Below are positions 32,308 through 43,786 of a stretch of DNA of 64,000 nt, piece by piece. Each line of letters begins with the position of its first letter. The stretch's first letter is position 1. The notes beneath the pieces are model-generated. The model saw nothing but the letters and a program-made list of their open reading frames with translations. It was not told the DNA's origin and made no database searches. The position numbers and the translations under genes are program-made. Source of the stretch: Candidatus Eiseniibacteriota bacterium (GTDB taxonomy: Bacteria > Eisenbacteria > RBG-16-71-46 > JABDJR01); contig CAVXKA010000001.1 of assembly GCA_963762255.1 (NCBI GenBank), forward strand, positions 576,001-640,000, written 5' to 3'.

Positions 32308-33219
32308 CTATTCGAGGCCAATCTCCAACTGCTGGTCGCCACCGCTTCTTGCCCGGAAGAGTCCCAATACTCGCTGAGCGTCGGGTTCAGCGACAATGAC
32401 GGTCACGACCTTCTTGGGGTCATTGAACATCATGCGCGATTCACCAAAGTAGCGCTGCTCCTCATGATCGATCTTGAGGTTCATCTTCCCGACCGAGCGT
32501 CCCTTACTCTCCCAGGCAACCTGTGGTGCCCCTCGATCGCTTGGGCGCCCAGGCAATGCCGCCGGTCGCAGATCCCCTAAGCGCAGCCCGATGTTAGATA
32601 CAGCACGACACGGCCAGAGCTCTCCTTCGTCTGCGTCGCCAGCCCGCCATTCCCAGACCACAACTGCGCCATGCCAAATGTCAATTTCGAACACCCTCGC
32701 CGCAGCAGCCCAAAAGGAGACCCCGTATAGTCTGGCAAGGTAGTTCAGGTGCCCCCAAGATAGGCCGCCTTCGAGCAACCTACTCCGCCAAGCATCGCGG
32801 GGCATCAAGAGCGCAGCCGCAAAGGTATCGCAGAGTCTCTCAACCGAGGTACGTTCGGCCTCACTCTCTAGCAGCCCGTGCTCCATGGCAACAGCGAGCT
32901 TTGTAGTTCTTGCTATCTCCAAGTGCCCGATCTCGTGCGCTATGGAGAAACGCCTCCGTGCCGGGCTTGCAGACGAATTGACCACTGCGACATAACCACC
33001 CGCGGATACATTCAGGAGGGCATCGACGTGCAACACTCGGTACTCGACAATCAGTCCTCGTGTCTTCGCGAATGCCTCAACGTCGAGTGCTCTTGTCGAG
33101 TCCCAACCACTCCTAATCGCTTCCGCTAATCTCTCTACGGCCTCTCGCGCATCCACAACACCCATTTCTCTCGCGAGGTTTACGGCGACCCCTGATTGCC
33201 ACACAACGCGTCGCGCCAC
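32308..33219 (-). CDS. ImmA/IrrE family (CapP-like) zinc metallopeptidase
   Basis: RRRFSIAHEIGH and ERLCDTFAAALLMP motifs; HTH-like middle and an extended C-terminal domain. Confidence 0.9.
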   Translation of the reverse strand: MARRVVWQSGVAVNLAREMGVVDAREAVERLAEAIRSGWDSTRALDVEAFAKTRGLIVEYRVLHVDALLNVSAGGYVAVVNSSASPARRRFSIAHEIGHLEIARTTKLAVAMEHGLLESEAERTSVERLCDTFAAALLMPRDAWRSRLLEGGLSWGHLNYLARLYGVSFWAAAARVFEIDIWHGAVVVWEWRAGDADEGELWPCRAVSNIGLRLGDLRPAALPGRPSDRGAPQVAWESKGRSVGKMNLKIDHEEQRYFGESRMMFNDPKKVVTVIVAEPDAQRVLGLFRARSGGDQQLEIGLE

Positions 33220-33222
33220 GAC

Positions 33223-35029
33223 CTAGATCTCACTATCAAACAGGGACCCATCCGACGTCCCGCTCCCCAGTTGATCCTGACTAACCCAGTCAATGTAGAG
33301 CTTCTTCCAGGACTCCTCTGACAGAGGAGATGCCGAGTCCCCGCGCGCAGCCGACGCATCAAACGCGGCCCGCAAGTCCTCCCAACCCCGCTTCTTCAAA
33401 TCAGCATAGGCACGATAGGGCAGTTCCTTCCTTCTCGCGAACGCCCTCAAGTGCCTCAGGCTCTCGCGATATGTATTCTCAAAGCGCTGGTCCTTTCCGG
33501 ATTGGTCCCTCAGCAACTCAGCTGGTGCCACGCCCAAACCCTTCGCAACCCGCCGTAGCTGCACCGTTGAAATCGTGGCCAATTGCTCAGGCCGCGTTTC
33601 CACGTTCGCAAGCGAAGCTGCGTCCAAGCCTGAACCGAGGGCCAGCTGCTCCAAGCTCATTTCTTGCTCCTCACGCAGGGATCGAATACGACTTCCAAGC
33701 CTCAAGCTGTACTCGCGCTCTCGCGATCTTCGGGTCAAGTGGAACTTCATACGGTTCTCCTTGAAGAAGGCGTCAAGGTGACACGACAGCTCTTCAAAGG
33801 TGTTGAACTGTATCTCGCCCAAGATCCTCGTCGGCACTCCCCGCAACATGCGGGAGATTGTGACGTGTTCTGAATGCAGAATGACCAAAGGTACGCCTGC
33901 GTTTGCAGCAATCTCTGCCTCAATGCCAACTCCATGACTGGGGTCATCCGCGAAGATGCAGACGAGATCGGAACTTGCAACCCGCTCCCGGTCGATCCAG
34001 TAGACCTCAGTCGGTGTCAAGGATCGAGCTCCGACCGGATGCGTATGCTCACCAGGAACGTAGAGGGCGAAGTCCGCGCCTTCGCATGCTCCTCTAACGA
34101 TTTCCGTCACCTCGACAGCTCGCGTTTCCTGTTCCGGCGTGGACTGCGTCAGAGGACACGCAAAGTACGCCCGGAATGGTACGACGGTTGGAATGGCAGC
34201 CCCTAGCAGATCAAGGCAAGCCAGAGCCGATGCCGGTCGGTCAAGGGAGTTCTTGGACAGCAGAGATTTCGTCATATCCAGGGCAGCAGTCCAAACCGGC
34301 CCCTTCATGCGCAGCTTATCATCAAAGGTGATGGAATGCGCGATCTTCGCGGCATTGATTTGCTCCGAGTCTGTCGCGGCAGCGAATATCTCGGTACCAT
34401 GCAGCAGATAGTAGAGCGTCGCCCCGAAGGAATAGAGATCGGCAGGATATCCATAATGGTCGTGCTCGATGTACTCCGGGGCAGCGTATCGCCTCGTGCC
34501 CACAAACTTGTTGCCAGATTGAGTGACACCCAGGTCTCTAGCGAGCGGATCACCCCGAAATCGAGCAGCCGCAGCCGGCCGGTTGAGTCAATGTGAATGT
34601 TTCTCGGTTTTATATCCCGGTGAAGACGTCCGGTAGAATGCAGGAACTCAATTGCATCGAGTATTTGGGAACAGAACTGGAGGAGGAATTCTTCTGTTGG
34701 CTCGTGGGCTAATCGCCAAGTATGTAGATTGTCACCATCGAGCCATTCCATCACGAGGAACGGCTTGTCGCTCACATCGAGATGATGCACGCGCACGAGA
34801 TTGGGGTGTGACAAGCGAGACCCTGTTTCGAACTCCTCTTCTTGAACCTACTCCACTGAGCTGGTTCAGCAAGAATGGTGTCATTATATATCTTGAGAGC
34901 TAGAAGGCCCCCCGTCTTGGCGAATTGCAGTTCCCGTTTGGCGGCGACCTTCCATACTGCTCCGGCGCCCCCCTCGTCGATCTTGTCCAAGAGATTGAAA
35001 TCAGATAAGGAGATCGCAATCGCTGTCAT
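33223..35029 (-). CDS. Ser/Thr kinase - nucleoside 2-deoxyribosyltransferase(NDT)-like - XRE HTH fusion (frameshifts near 34830 and 34515)
   Basis: Kinase motifs EGGAGAVW, LALKIY, HRDIKPRN, DFG, GTRRYAAPE and DLYSFG; NDT motifs YFACPL and DRERVASSD..PSHGVGIE; HTH LGSRIRSLREEQEMSLEQLA..LRRVAKGLGVAPAELL. Confidence 0.8.
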
Positions 35030-35271
35030 TGAAGTCCGCCTCCTCCGGGTTTGACTTGTGGCCGCGCTGCGGTTCTGGTCAACCGGCTCGAGTCTGCCTC
35101 GTCCCCCCTGTCCTCCCGAAAACCCCATCCAACGATTTCACTCGCCAATTCCCTGTTGATTCTACACCCGGACGCTTTGCGGGGTCAGGCCGGCCGATCG
35201 CTGAATGAGCGCACCCATGTTCCCCTTGACTCCCTCGCCTCTCAGCTCCCCAATGTCCTCGGAGGTGACCC

Positions 35272-35507
35272 ATGCCGCATCTCTCGCCCGCGACCCTGAC
35301 TCGCTCAGAATAGCAGGCCCTGCTTGAGGTTTCGGCCTCGCATCCTCGGAACCACTTGATCTTCTCACTAGCCACGGGAACCGGACTGAGATTGTCGGAG
35401 ATCGTCGGCCTTAACGTGGGCGACGTGTTCACCAAGGACGGCACGCCTCGAAGCCGCATCCGCCTGCGGAGAGAGATCGCCAAGGGCGGCCGCGCCGGCG
35501 ACGTGTT
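35272..35507 (+). pseudogene. small tyrosine recombinase, N-terminal fragment (copy 2, early TAG)
   Basis: MPHLSPATLT..TGLRLSEIVGLNVGDV..AKGGRAGDV, then unrelated sequence; in-frame TAG at about 35311. Confidence 0.85.
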
Positions 35508-35556
35508 ACCCCACGGGCGCATACAGACCAAGTTGCGTAGCCTTCCGGTGCCCCTG

Positions 35557-36417
35557 TCAGCGTCCGCCCCCCTCGTGTTCCTCGAACCAAAGGAGGAATC
35601 TCCTACTCTCCTGCATCGACAGTTGGTTAATCCCTCCCAGCGCCGCAATGCGGCTATTGTAGTGCGGTACCAGAGCCTCCTCCACCTTCCGCACGCCCTT
35701 GCTCATCGCGACGAGGTCAGTACCGAAGGCTCGGATTGCGCTCAGTTTCGCTGCTGCCAAATTGTCCCCAATAAGGGTCTCGGGGAATCTCAGGACCGGG
35801 TCGAGCGCAACCAGGATGTGAGTCCTCAGCAAGTCTTCGGTCTTCCGATTCACACCTCTGTGTACGAACTGGTGGCGGGCATCGGAAAGCTCCGCGGTTG
35901 CCAGGGCTAGCTCACCAAGGGCGTCGCGGATAGCTCCGTCATTTGGACCGAGCCTTTGCTTCATTGACTTGTACGAGCACTGTCGCGGCTCCATGTCTAG
36001 CTGAAGGACTGCACTCGACGCAATGAGCGTCCTGTCCATGCAAGAATGGAGCATCACGGTGCCCGAGTTTAGGCAATCCTGAATGAACGAGACTTCCGTC
36101 CAGCCGACAGATTCAAGCCACTCACCTGGTGGTGGGGCATCCATCGCGCAGACCAGACGCGCGGCGTTCTGAAACACCTTGTGCAAGGGCTCGATCCCGT
36201 TGAAGACATCGAGAACATACTCACAGACTGGCGGAGTACGAAGTGGTTCGTCATCACTGCTCTCGATTCCCCAAGTGCGTAATGTGTGGGCCAATAGGTC
36301 AGGCCAGTTCGCCTGCATCATTGGGCTGTCGGGAAAGAGCCTCCGGGCGGTGACCCGAGCATTCGCGGCGATTCCATTCTCCATGTTCGGCCGGTTCACT
36401 TCTTCGTTCCCGCGCAT
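35557..36417 (-). CDS. HEPN domain protein (Cthe_2314-like)
   Basis: All-helical composition with an R-x4-H motif (ARHQFVHRG); RBS ggagg. Confidence 0.6.
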   Translation of the reverse strand: MRGNEEVNRPNMENGIAANARVTARRLFPDSPMMQANWPDLLAHTLRTWGIESSDDEPLRTPPVCEYVLDVFNGIEPLHKVFQNAARLVCAMDAPPPGEWLESVGWTEVSFIQDCLNSGTVMLHSCMDRTLIASSAVLQLDMEPRQCSYKSMKQRLGPNDGAIRDALGELALATAELSDARHQFVHRGVNRKTEDLLRTHILVALDPVLRFPETLIGDNLAAAKLSAIRAFGTDLVAMSKGVRKVEEALVPHYNSRIAALGGINQLSMQESRRFLLWFEEHEGGGR

Positions 36418-36637
36418 CCTCGATGATCCTCCCCAAGGGAAGCAGTTCAGCGCATGCCCATTGCGCCAAGAAGCGCCTAAGGACCAGCCGGGTTGGGACC
36501 CCGCCTCTATCCCGGATTCTCTCAGACTATGGTCTGTATGATCTTGCCCCAATACGGTCACCTGGTGAGAGCACACTGAAACTTGTGCTTGAACTCCATC
36601 GCCCTTGGCTCCCCAATGTGGTCGGGAGGTTGACGTT

Positions 36638-37226
36638 ATGCCGTACCTGTCGCCGCCGACGTTGACGAAAGCCGAGCAGGAAACCCTACTCCGCGTGTCG
36701 TCTGATCCACCCCCGCGACCACCTGATCTTCTCCCTCGCCCTCGGAACCGGTCTTCGCTTGTCGGAGATCGTCGGCCTCGAACGTGGGCGACGTGTTCAC
36801 CGCGGACGGCACGCCTCGAAGCCGAATCCGGCTCCGCCACGAGATCGCCAAGGGCGGCCGCGCCGGCGACGTGTTCCTGCCGGACGCGCTGGGGCCGAAG
36901 CTCGTGAGGTTCTGGGGGTACAAGGTGCGGTCGGGCGAGTCGCTTGACTGCCAGCCGCGCCGCTCTTCTGCAACCAGTCCGGCCACCGCATCTCCAAACG
37001 CCGCGTCCAGATGGCATTCAAGACCTGGCAGGAGCGCGCGGGGTTCGACCGGATCTACGGGTTTCATGCGTTGCGCCACAGCGGCCGTGACGAATGTGTA
37101 CCGGGCGTCCGCGACCTCTTCCTCGCCCAACGGTTCGCGAGGCACGCGTCGCCGCTGACGACCACCATCTACACGCACATCGGCGACGAAGAACTCATGC
37201 AGGGCGTTCGCACTTTGACCTGCTAG
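36638..37226 (+). CDS. small (about 195 aa, catalytic-domain-only) tyrosine recombinase, full copy 3 (several frameshifts)
   Basis: Catalytic set R (GLRLSE), K (AKGG), HxxR (FHALRH), H (FARH) and Y (TTIYTH) spread across frames. Confidence 0.85.
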
Positions 37227-37358
37227 CCGCCCACGGCCGGTGGTAGAATTCATGGTCCTGAGTGGTGGCGAGCTTCATTGCTGCCCACCGATTCCCCCAG
37301 GTTGGGGCATCACTCGGGAACGCCGGGCCTAGCTCACGCTGGGCCCGTTCGTTTTGCC

Positions 37359-37475
37359 GGCGACTGGCTCATGGCGCAGCGGTTCGCAAGGCGCGCGTCG
37401 CCGCTCACGACCACCATCTACACGAATCCCTCGGACGAGGAGCTGTTCGGCAGGGTGAGGGATCTGGTCTGCTGA
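37359..37475 (+). pseudogene. tyrosine recombinase, C-terminal fragment (copy 4)
   Basis: DWLMAQRFARRASPLTTTIYTNPSDEEL..RDLVC*, paralogous to the end of copy 3. Confidence 0.8.
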
Positions 37476-37488
37476 TAATCCGTGGCCC

Positions 37489-37824
37489 CTATGAGCGGCC
37501 GGTCTTCTCCTTGTACTGTGCAAGTATCTTGGCGACTTCCGGCTGCACTTGCTCCGCGGGCCAATTCGCCACGACAAAGTCAAGGACGCCAGAGTCCCAG
37601 GCTGAAGTCCCTGGGAAATTCTGCCCGAACAGCAAGTCGAGCTTGATCTCGGCATCCGAAGAGCCGCTTGGAGTAGGCCAGAAGACGATCTTCACTCGCA
37701 CTCCAGGGGAACCACTACTGAATCCTTCAATGGCGACGTGAAACCGTTCGTCGAGCCCATTATCGTGAAGTCGACCTGAGAGAATTCCGTTTGCCTTCGT
37801 CTGTTCCGACGGGTCTGTCATCAT
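37489..37824 (-). CDS. hypothetical protein downstream of the type III Mod gene
   Basis: RBS gagaggag; about 111 aa with protein-like composition. Confidence 0.55.
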   Translation of the reverse strand: MMTDPSEQTKANGILSGRLHDNGLDERFHVAIEGFSSGSPGVRVKIVFWPTPSGSSDAEIKLDLLFGQNFPGTSAWDSGVLDFVVANWPAEQVQPEVAKILAQYKEKTGRS

Positions 37825-37889
37825 CCTTGCTCCTCTCTGGCTCTGGGCGACGCGGGCATGAACAGGCCAGGAGACCGATGCCCAGCTGG

Positions 37890-40561
37890 TCACACCCCAA
37901 ACACCTTCAGCACCTCGTCGCCGTAGTGGTTGATGACCTTCACGGCGATCTTGCCGGTCTCGGGCGGGTCGAACGGGCGGCTCACCGTGCTGTAGAGGGT
38001 CGCCCAGGCGGCCTCGTCGATCTCCGCCCGCAGGGCCCGCTTGAGCTTCTCGTAGGGCTCCTCGGCGCCGGTGAAGTAGGCGTGGCGCACGAAGAAGCTC
38101 TCGCCGTTGTAGTCGGTGTCGATGAACCAGCAGGCGATGTCGTCGGTGGAGGCGCTGCGGATCTGCCCGGTGGTCGGGTCGTAGACGTCCACGCCCTTGA
38201 TCTCGACGACGATCTGTGCCGTCCGCTCTGCGTTCGTGATCTCCACGTCCGGCTCGCCGAAGACCATGAAGAGGTTGCCCGCGCCGGTCTTCTTGAGCAG
38301 CTCGTCGCCCATCGCCAGGTCGGGGTTCATCTTGCGCGGGCAGCACGGTCAGCTTGCCGTAGCGCTTGGCCTCCTCGGCGACGTGCGGGTCGAAGGCGAA
38401 GCCGCAGACGACGAGCAGGTCGAAGCCGACGCCCTGCACCGCTTCCTTGGCCGCTTCCTTCACCTGCTGCGGGCCGACGGTGCCGTGCTCCGGGCCGATG
38501 GAGACGGCCACGCGCCGGGTCTTGCCGTCGGCGTCGGTGTACTCGCCCGCGGCGTGCAGCCACGCCCCGGCGTACGGGTCGAGCCGGTCGAAGGTGAGCC
38601 GCTCGTCCTTGCGGGTGTTCTGCACGCCCGCCTTGCGCAGGTTGTCGAGGATCATGGTGGCGAAGTCCTGGCTGCTGTGCGGGCTTCCTGCTCGGCTCAC
38701 CGTGCCGTCCGTGGTTCTCGTCGGCGGTGGAGAGCACCCGGTGCGGCGAGAGGCTCTCGACCGTGAACGGCCCGCAGACGCGGACGCGCTTGTTGTCCTC
38801 GTAGGGCTGGTCGTAGAGCATCTCGGTCTCGGCGTGGCGGGCGATGGCGGCGTCGATCTCCTGCGCGCGTCATGCCCTTCCTTGATGTCCGGGTTGTTGG
38901 CGATGGACTTGAGCGTGACGTGCGGCACGCGCTTGTAGACGAAGCCCTTGCGGATGTCGCTCGTCGGTCTTGTAGTCGGGCGGCATCTTGCCGGTCAGCT
39001 CCGCTTCCTTCTTGATCCCCTCGGGCGAGTCGGCCAGCAGGTAGTAGGGATACTTGGCGGCCATGAGCCGGGTGCGGGCCAGGGCCAGGGCAACGCGGCT
39101 GGTGTCGCAGGTGATCCAGCGCCGGCCCCACTGCTCGGCGACGTAGGCGGTCGTGCCGCTGCCGCAGGTGGGGTCGAGGACGAGGTCGCCGGGGTCGGTG
39201 GTCATGAGGAGGCAGCGCTCGATGACCTTCGTGTTCGTCTGAACAACGTAGACCTTGTCGATCCGTCGAAGCTGCCCGTCGCGTGTCAGTCCAGACGTTC
39301 GTCAGTCGGCAACGACGGGAAAGTCGTCGAAGTAGCCGCACGTACCGCAAGCGTGTTCTCGCTGACGGCAGCAAGCCGTCCGCGCAGCCGCAAGCCGTGC
39401 CATACCCATCGGTGTCGGTCTTCCAGTAGCTCTGGACCCGGGCGAATACGTCTTGCCCTCGAACTCGAACGGCGAGATCGCTCGCTCGCAGCCGACTGCT
39501 GCGAAGTCAGATCGTCGTGGCGGAACACCGTGCACCCGTCGGGCAAGCGCGCTGGATCCGCTCATCTCTTCGGCGGTCATGCGACGCCGTCGTGCCGTCG
39601 GGCAAGCTCGATCCAGTGTAGTGACCCCGGCGGCTCGTCACCAGCGTCTTTCTCGAATAGAGCTGCCGGTACTTCACTGTCTCACTGGTTCTTCGCGTAC
39701 CAGAGCACGTAGTCGCTCGACGCCGGCGAGCAGATTCGCTCGTCGCACGCCGCTCGTCTTCGCGAACGTGATCATGCGCACAGAAGTTCTCGCTCCCAAA
39801 CACCTCATCCAGCACGCACCGCACCAGATGCACGTTCTCATCGCCGATCTGCACGAAGACGCTGCCCGTCTCGGTGAGCAGCTCGCGCGCCACGACCAGC
39901 CGGTCGCGCAGGTAGGCCAGGTAGGAGTGGATGCCCAGCTTCCAGGTGTCGCGGAAGGCCCGCACCTGCTCCGGCTGGCGGGTGGCGTCCTCGGCCTTGC
40001 CGTCCTTCACGTCGCGCTTGCGCGTGCTGACCTGCCAGTTGGAGCCGAACTTGATGCCGTAGGGCGGGTCGATGTAGATCATCTGGACCTTGCCCTTGAG
40101 CCCTTCCTTCTCGGCCAGCGAGGTCATCACCAGCAGCGAGTCGCCCAGGATCATCCGGTTCGCCCAGTTCTGCTCGTGCTGGTAGAAGTCGACCTTCTGG
40201 TCGAAGTCGTCGGACCGCCGTTGAAGTCGGCGAAGAGCGTCGAGCTGCGGCGCTCCGGCTCGCCGGCCCTTGCGCGCGGCTGCGCCAGCAGGTCCTCGAT
40301 GATCGCCTGCGGGTGGATCTTCTCCTGGATGTAGATCGGCACGACGGGCACGGCGAGGTCCTGCGCGGTCCTGCTCGTCCTTGCCCTTCCAGACGAGTTG
40401 CGGGTCGAGCGACGGGTCGCGCGGGTAGAGCATCGTCTTCGGGCGCGCTTCTCGTCCTCGGCCACGAAGTCGCGCAGCTCCTCGGTCGGGATGTTCGCGC
40501 GCTTGTCCTTGTGGCGGATGGACTCGACCGGCGTCGGGCTGGCGGTCTTCTTCTTAGCCAT
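37890..40561 (-). CDS. type III restriction-modification DNA methyltransferase (Mod), many frameshifts
   Basis: [30 protein letters not shown] and [12 protein letters not shown] motifs across frames. Confidence 0.9.
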
Positions 40562-40580
40562 GCATGCACGTCTCCTCCGT

Positions 40581-43500
40581 TCAGGTCGTTGCGCCTGCTT
40601 GCAGGAACGCCGCGGATCGCGTTCTGCGGCGTCCCACGGGTCGGCGATCTCGACGAACGCCCAGCGCCCGAAGCCGCCGTGGTTGTTGACCGCCGGCACC
40701 CAGAGCGTCGCGCGCCGTGGCGACCTTGGCCGCCTTGTCCTTCTTCTTCTCGCCGGTGACCTCGACGATCAGGTTCAGCAGGTCGTCCGCGCCGTGCCCG
40801 TCGTCGATGCAGGCGATGAAGTCGGGGATGTACGTTCCGCTCCTCGCCGTTCGAGCGTGTAGGGGATGGTGAAGCCCGAGGTTGTGGTTCTTGACGTAGC
40901 GGACGACCTCGGCCATGTCCTCCAGCGCCTGCGGCCATCTTCTGCTCCCAGGAGTCGGTGTCGGCGACGACGTGGGAGATGTGGCACTTGTCGTCGCGCG
41001 GTGGCGTAGACCGGCCGGGTGGTGTCGAAGTCCACGTACCGGGTGGAGCCGACCGGTGTCGTAGGGGCGCAGGATCGGCTTGAGCGCGGCCGTCGCCGTC
41101 CGTCGACGGCGACGATGGCCTGGTAGATGCGGTCGGCGGCGTCGTGGGCGAACTCGATCAAGCAGCAGCAGCTGCGGGAAGGTGTTGTCCTTGCAGCGTG
41201 ACGCACTCGGCCAGCCAGCGCTTGGCGATGCCGAGCAGCTGCGGGAAGAGCCAGGGCTTGTCGTTCGCCGTCGTCGTCGCCGGAAGTACTTCTCCAGCGT
41301 CAGCTTGGCCAGCAGGAAGGCGACCTCGTTGGGCCGGCGTCGTCTTGAGGTCGTCGAGCGTGTGGATGCTCGATCTCGCCCGACGATGCGGCGCGTTCTC
41401 GGTCTTGGTCGGGATGTCGCGCGGTCGAGAGCGCGCAGCGTGGAGTCCTCGGTGAAGGTCGCCGTCGAGCCGCTCGCTCGGCGATGTCGTAGCGGTAGCC
41501 GAGCAGCCGCGGGAAGGTGATCTCGCAGGCGATGCCGCTCCTCGAGCGCGCGCACGCGGGTCGGCATGCGGGCCGGGCTTGGGGTCGGCCGTCGACGCCG
41601 CTGCACGGGATGAACGAGAACGGCACGCCGTAGACCTCGGCGTACTCGGGCTCGAAGTGGCCGTTCGTCGTTGGCGGCGTAGCTCATGCGCCGCAGGCCG
41701 CGGCCGACCACCTGCTCGCAGAGGAGCTGCGTGCCGAAGGCGCGCACGCCGAGGATGTGGGTGACGGTGTTGGCGTCCCAGCCCTCGGTGAGCATGGAGA
41801 CGCGACACGACGCACTTGACGTGCTCGCCGAGCTTGCCGGGCTTGCCGACGGTGTTCATCACCTCGCGGAGCAGGTCTTCGTCGGTGAGGTCCTCGGCGT
41901 CGCGGCCGGGGAAGCGCTGCGCGGTACTCGGCCTTGAACTCCTCGATCTCCGCGGCGGCGATCTTCTTGAAGTCGGCGCTCATCGCCTCGCCGGATTCGA
42001 GCTGCTGGCTGTCGACGAGGATCGTGTTCGGGCGGTCGCGTCCAGCCGCCGTGCCGTCGTCGTTGCTGAAGAGCGGCAGCTTGCCCGGCACTGGACGACG
42101 GTCTGCCGTCCGGCATCGTGCTTCTCCCAGCCGGCGATGTAGTCGAAGACGAGCTTGGAGACATTGGTGTTGTTGCAGACGACGATGAAGACCGGCGGCG
42201 TGAGCGCCGCGGGCGCGGGCCTCGGCGTTCTGCCTCCCACAGGCGGTAGTACTTCTCGTAGTTGCCGTAGAGGCTGTGCAGCGCGCCCTGCGAGCTCCGC
42301 CGGGAGCTTCGGCTCGCCGCTCGACGGCGTCGGTCTTGCGCCCCTTCTTCGGCAGGTCCTCGCGGATGCGCAGCCAGAGGTCGCGGTAGGTGGGCTGCTC
42401 GCCGGTCATCGAGTCGTCGGCCACCGGCACGCGCGGCACCTTGACGATGCCCGCCTCGATGGCGTCGATCAGCGAGAAGTCGGAGACCACCCAGGGGAAG
42501 AGCGTGCCCTCGGGGTAGCCCGAGCCGCGCAGGAAGAACGGCGTGGCCGAGAGGTCGTAGATCGCCTTGACGCCGATCTTGCGCCTGCACCGCCTCGAGG
42601 CCGGAGATCCAGACGCGGGCCTCCTCCTCGCGCTTCTCGGCCTCGCTCGCGCTCGTCGCCGGTGAGCTTCTCCGTCCTCGGCCGTCGGGCTTGCGGCGGT
42701 AGCAGTGGTGCGCCTCGTCGTTGATGACGACGATGTTCTTCTTGGTGCCCGAGCTCGCGGCAGACCCGGCGCACCATCTGGTCGGGCGTCTCGGTGAACG
42801 GGCTCGTGGCCTCGCCGCTGGCCGAGGATCTCCTTGGTGAGCTTGCCGCGCCGTCGACCTTCTCGCGCAGCAGGAAGGCGTGGAAGTTGGTGATGACGAT
42901 CTTGGCCTGGCCGAGCTGTCTCGAGCTGGTCGGGCGGCACGATGTCGCGCTCGCGGTAGTAGTTGCCGGGGTCGTTCGGCAGCAGCACGCGCAGCCGGTC
43001 GCGGATCGTGATGCCCGGGCGTGACGATCGAGGAAGGCGTCGGAGAAGCGGGCGTCCTGCGGGTTGGCGAGCTTGTTGAGCGCCTGCCAGGCGATGAGCA
43101 TCGCCATGACGACGGTCTTGCCGCGAGCCGGTGGCCATCTTGAAGGCGATGCGCGGCAGAGCCCGGGGTTGGCGGCGTCGTTCGCCTCGCGGAGCTCGTT
43201 CTCGATCCAGGCGTCGCCGTACTTGCGGCGCGACCTCGGTGAGGTAGATGGCCGTCTCGAGCGCCTCGATCTGGCAGAAGAAGAGCTGCTTCTCGCGGTC
43301 GGGGTCGGTCCAGTAGTGCGAGCAGCCGCGCGGTGGTCGGCGTGACGCCCGGCGTAGCCGCCCCTGCCGCCAGATCGGCGACCCGCTCGCGGATCTGGTT
43401 GATCGAGCTTGTTCTCCTCGATCCGGTCCTGCGTCCACTCGGTGTCGAACGACGAGCTGCGCCGCCCTTCTTCTTCGGGCCTGGGCGATCGGGACGAAGT

Positions 43501-43627
43501 AGGAGCTGACGCGCGCGCGCCCTCGACGATCTCGTTCGGTGATGCCCTCGTCGGCGAAGCGGAAGTGCCGCGTCGGCTCCGCGAAGGGCGAGTTGAGGAT
43601 CGGGTTCTCGATCGTTACGTCGGCCAC
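40581..43627 (-). CDS. type III restriction endonuclease / helicase (Res, BPTD_3080-like), many frameshifts
   Basis: [29 protein letters not shown] region, [27 protein letters not shown] and [14 protein letters not shown] motifs. Confidence 0.9.
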
Positions 43628-43786
43628 GGGGTGGGCTCCCGGTTGCTACGTGATCACGGCCTCAGCGCACCCGGTTGGGGGAATCCGGCGCAACTATGGC
43701 AGAGCGGCCTCACGGGTCGGGTCGCAGCATACCGCACCGCACGGGCAGGCCGCCACCGCGCCAGAGTGTACGTCACCGATCACGGG

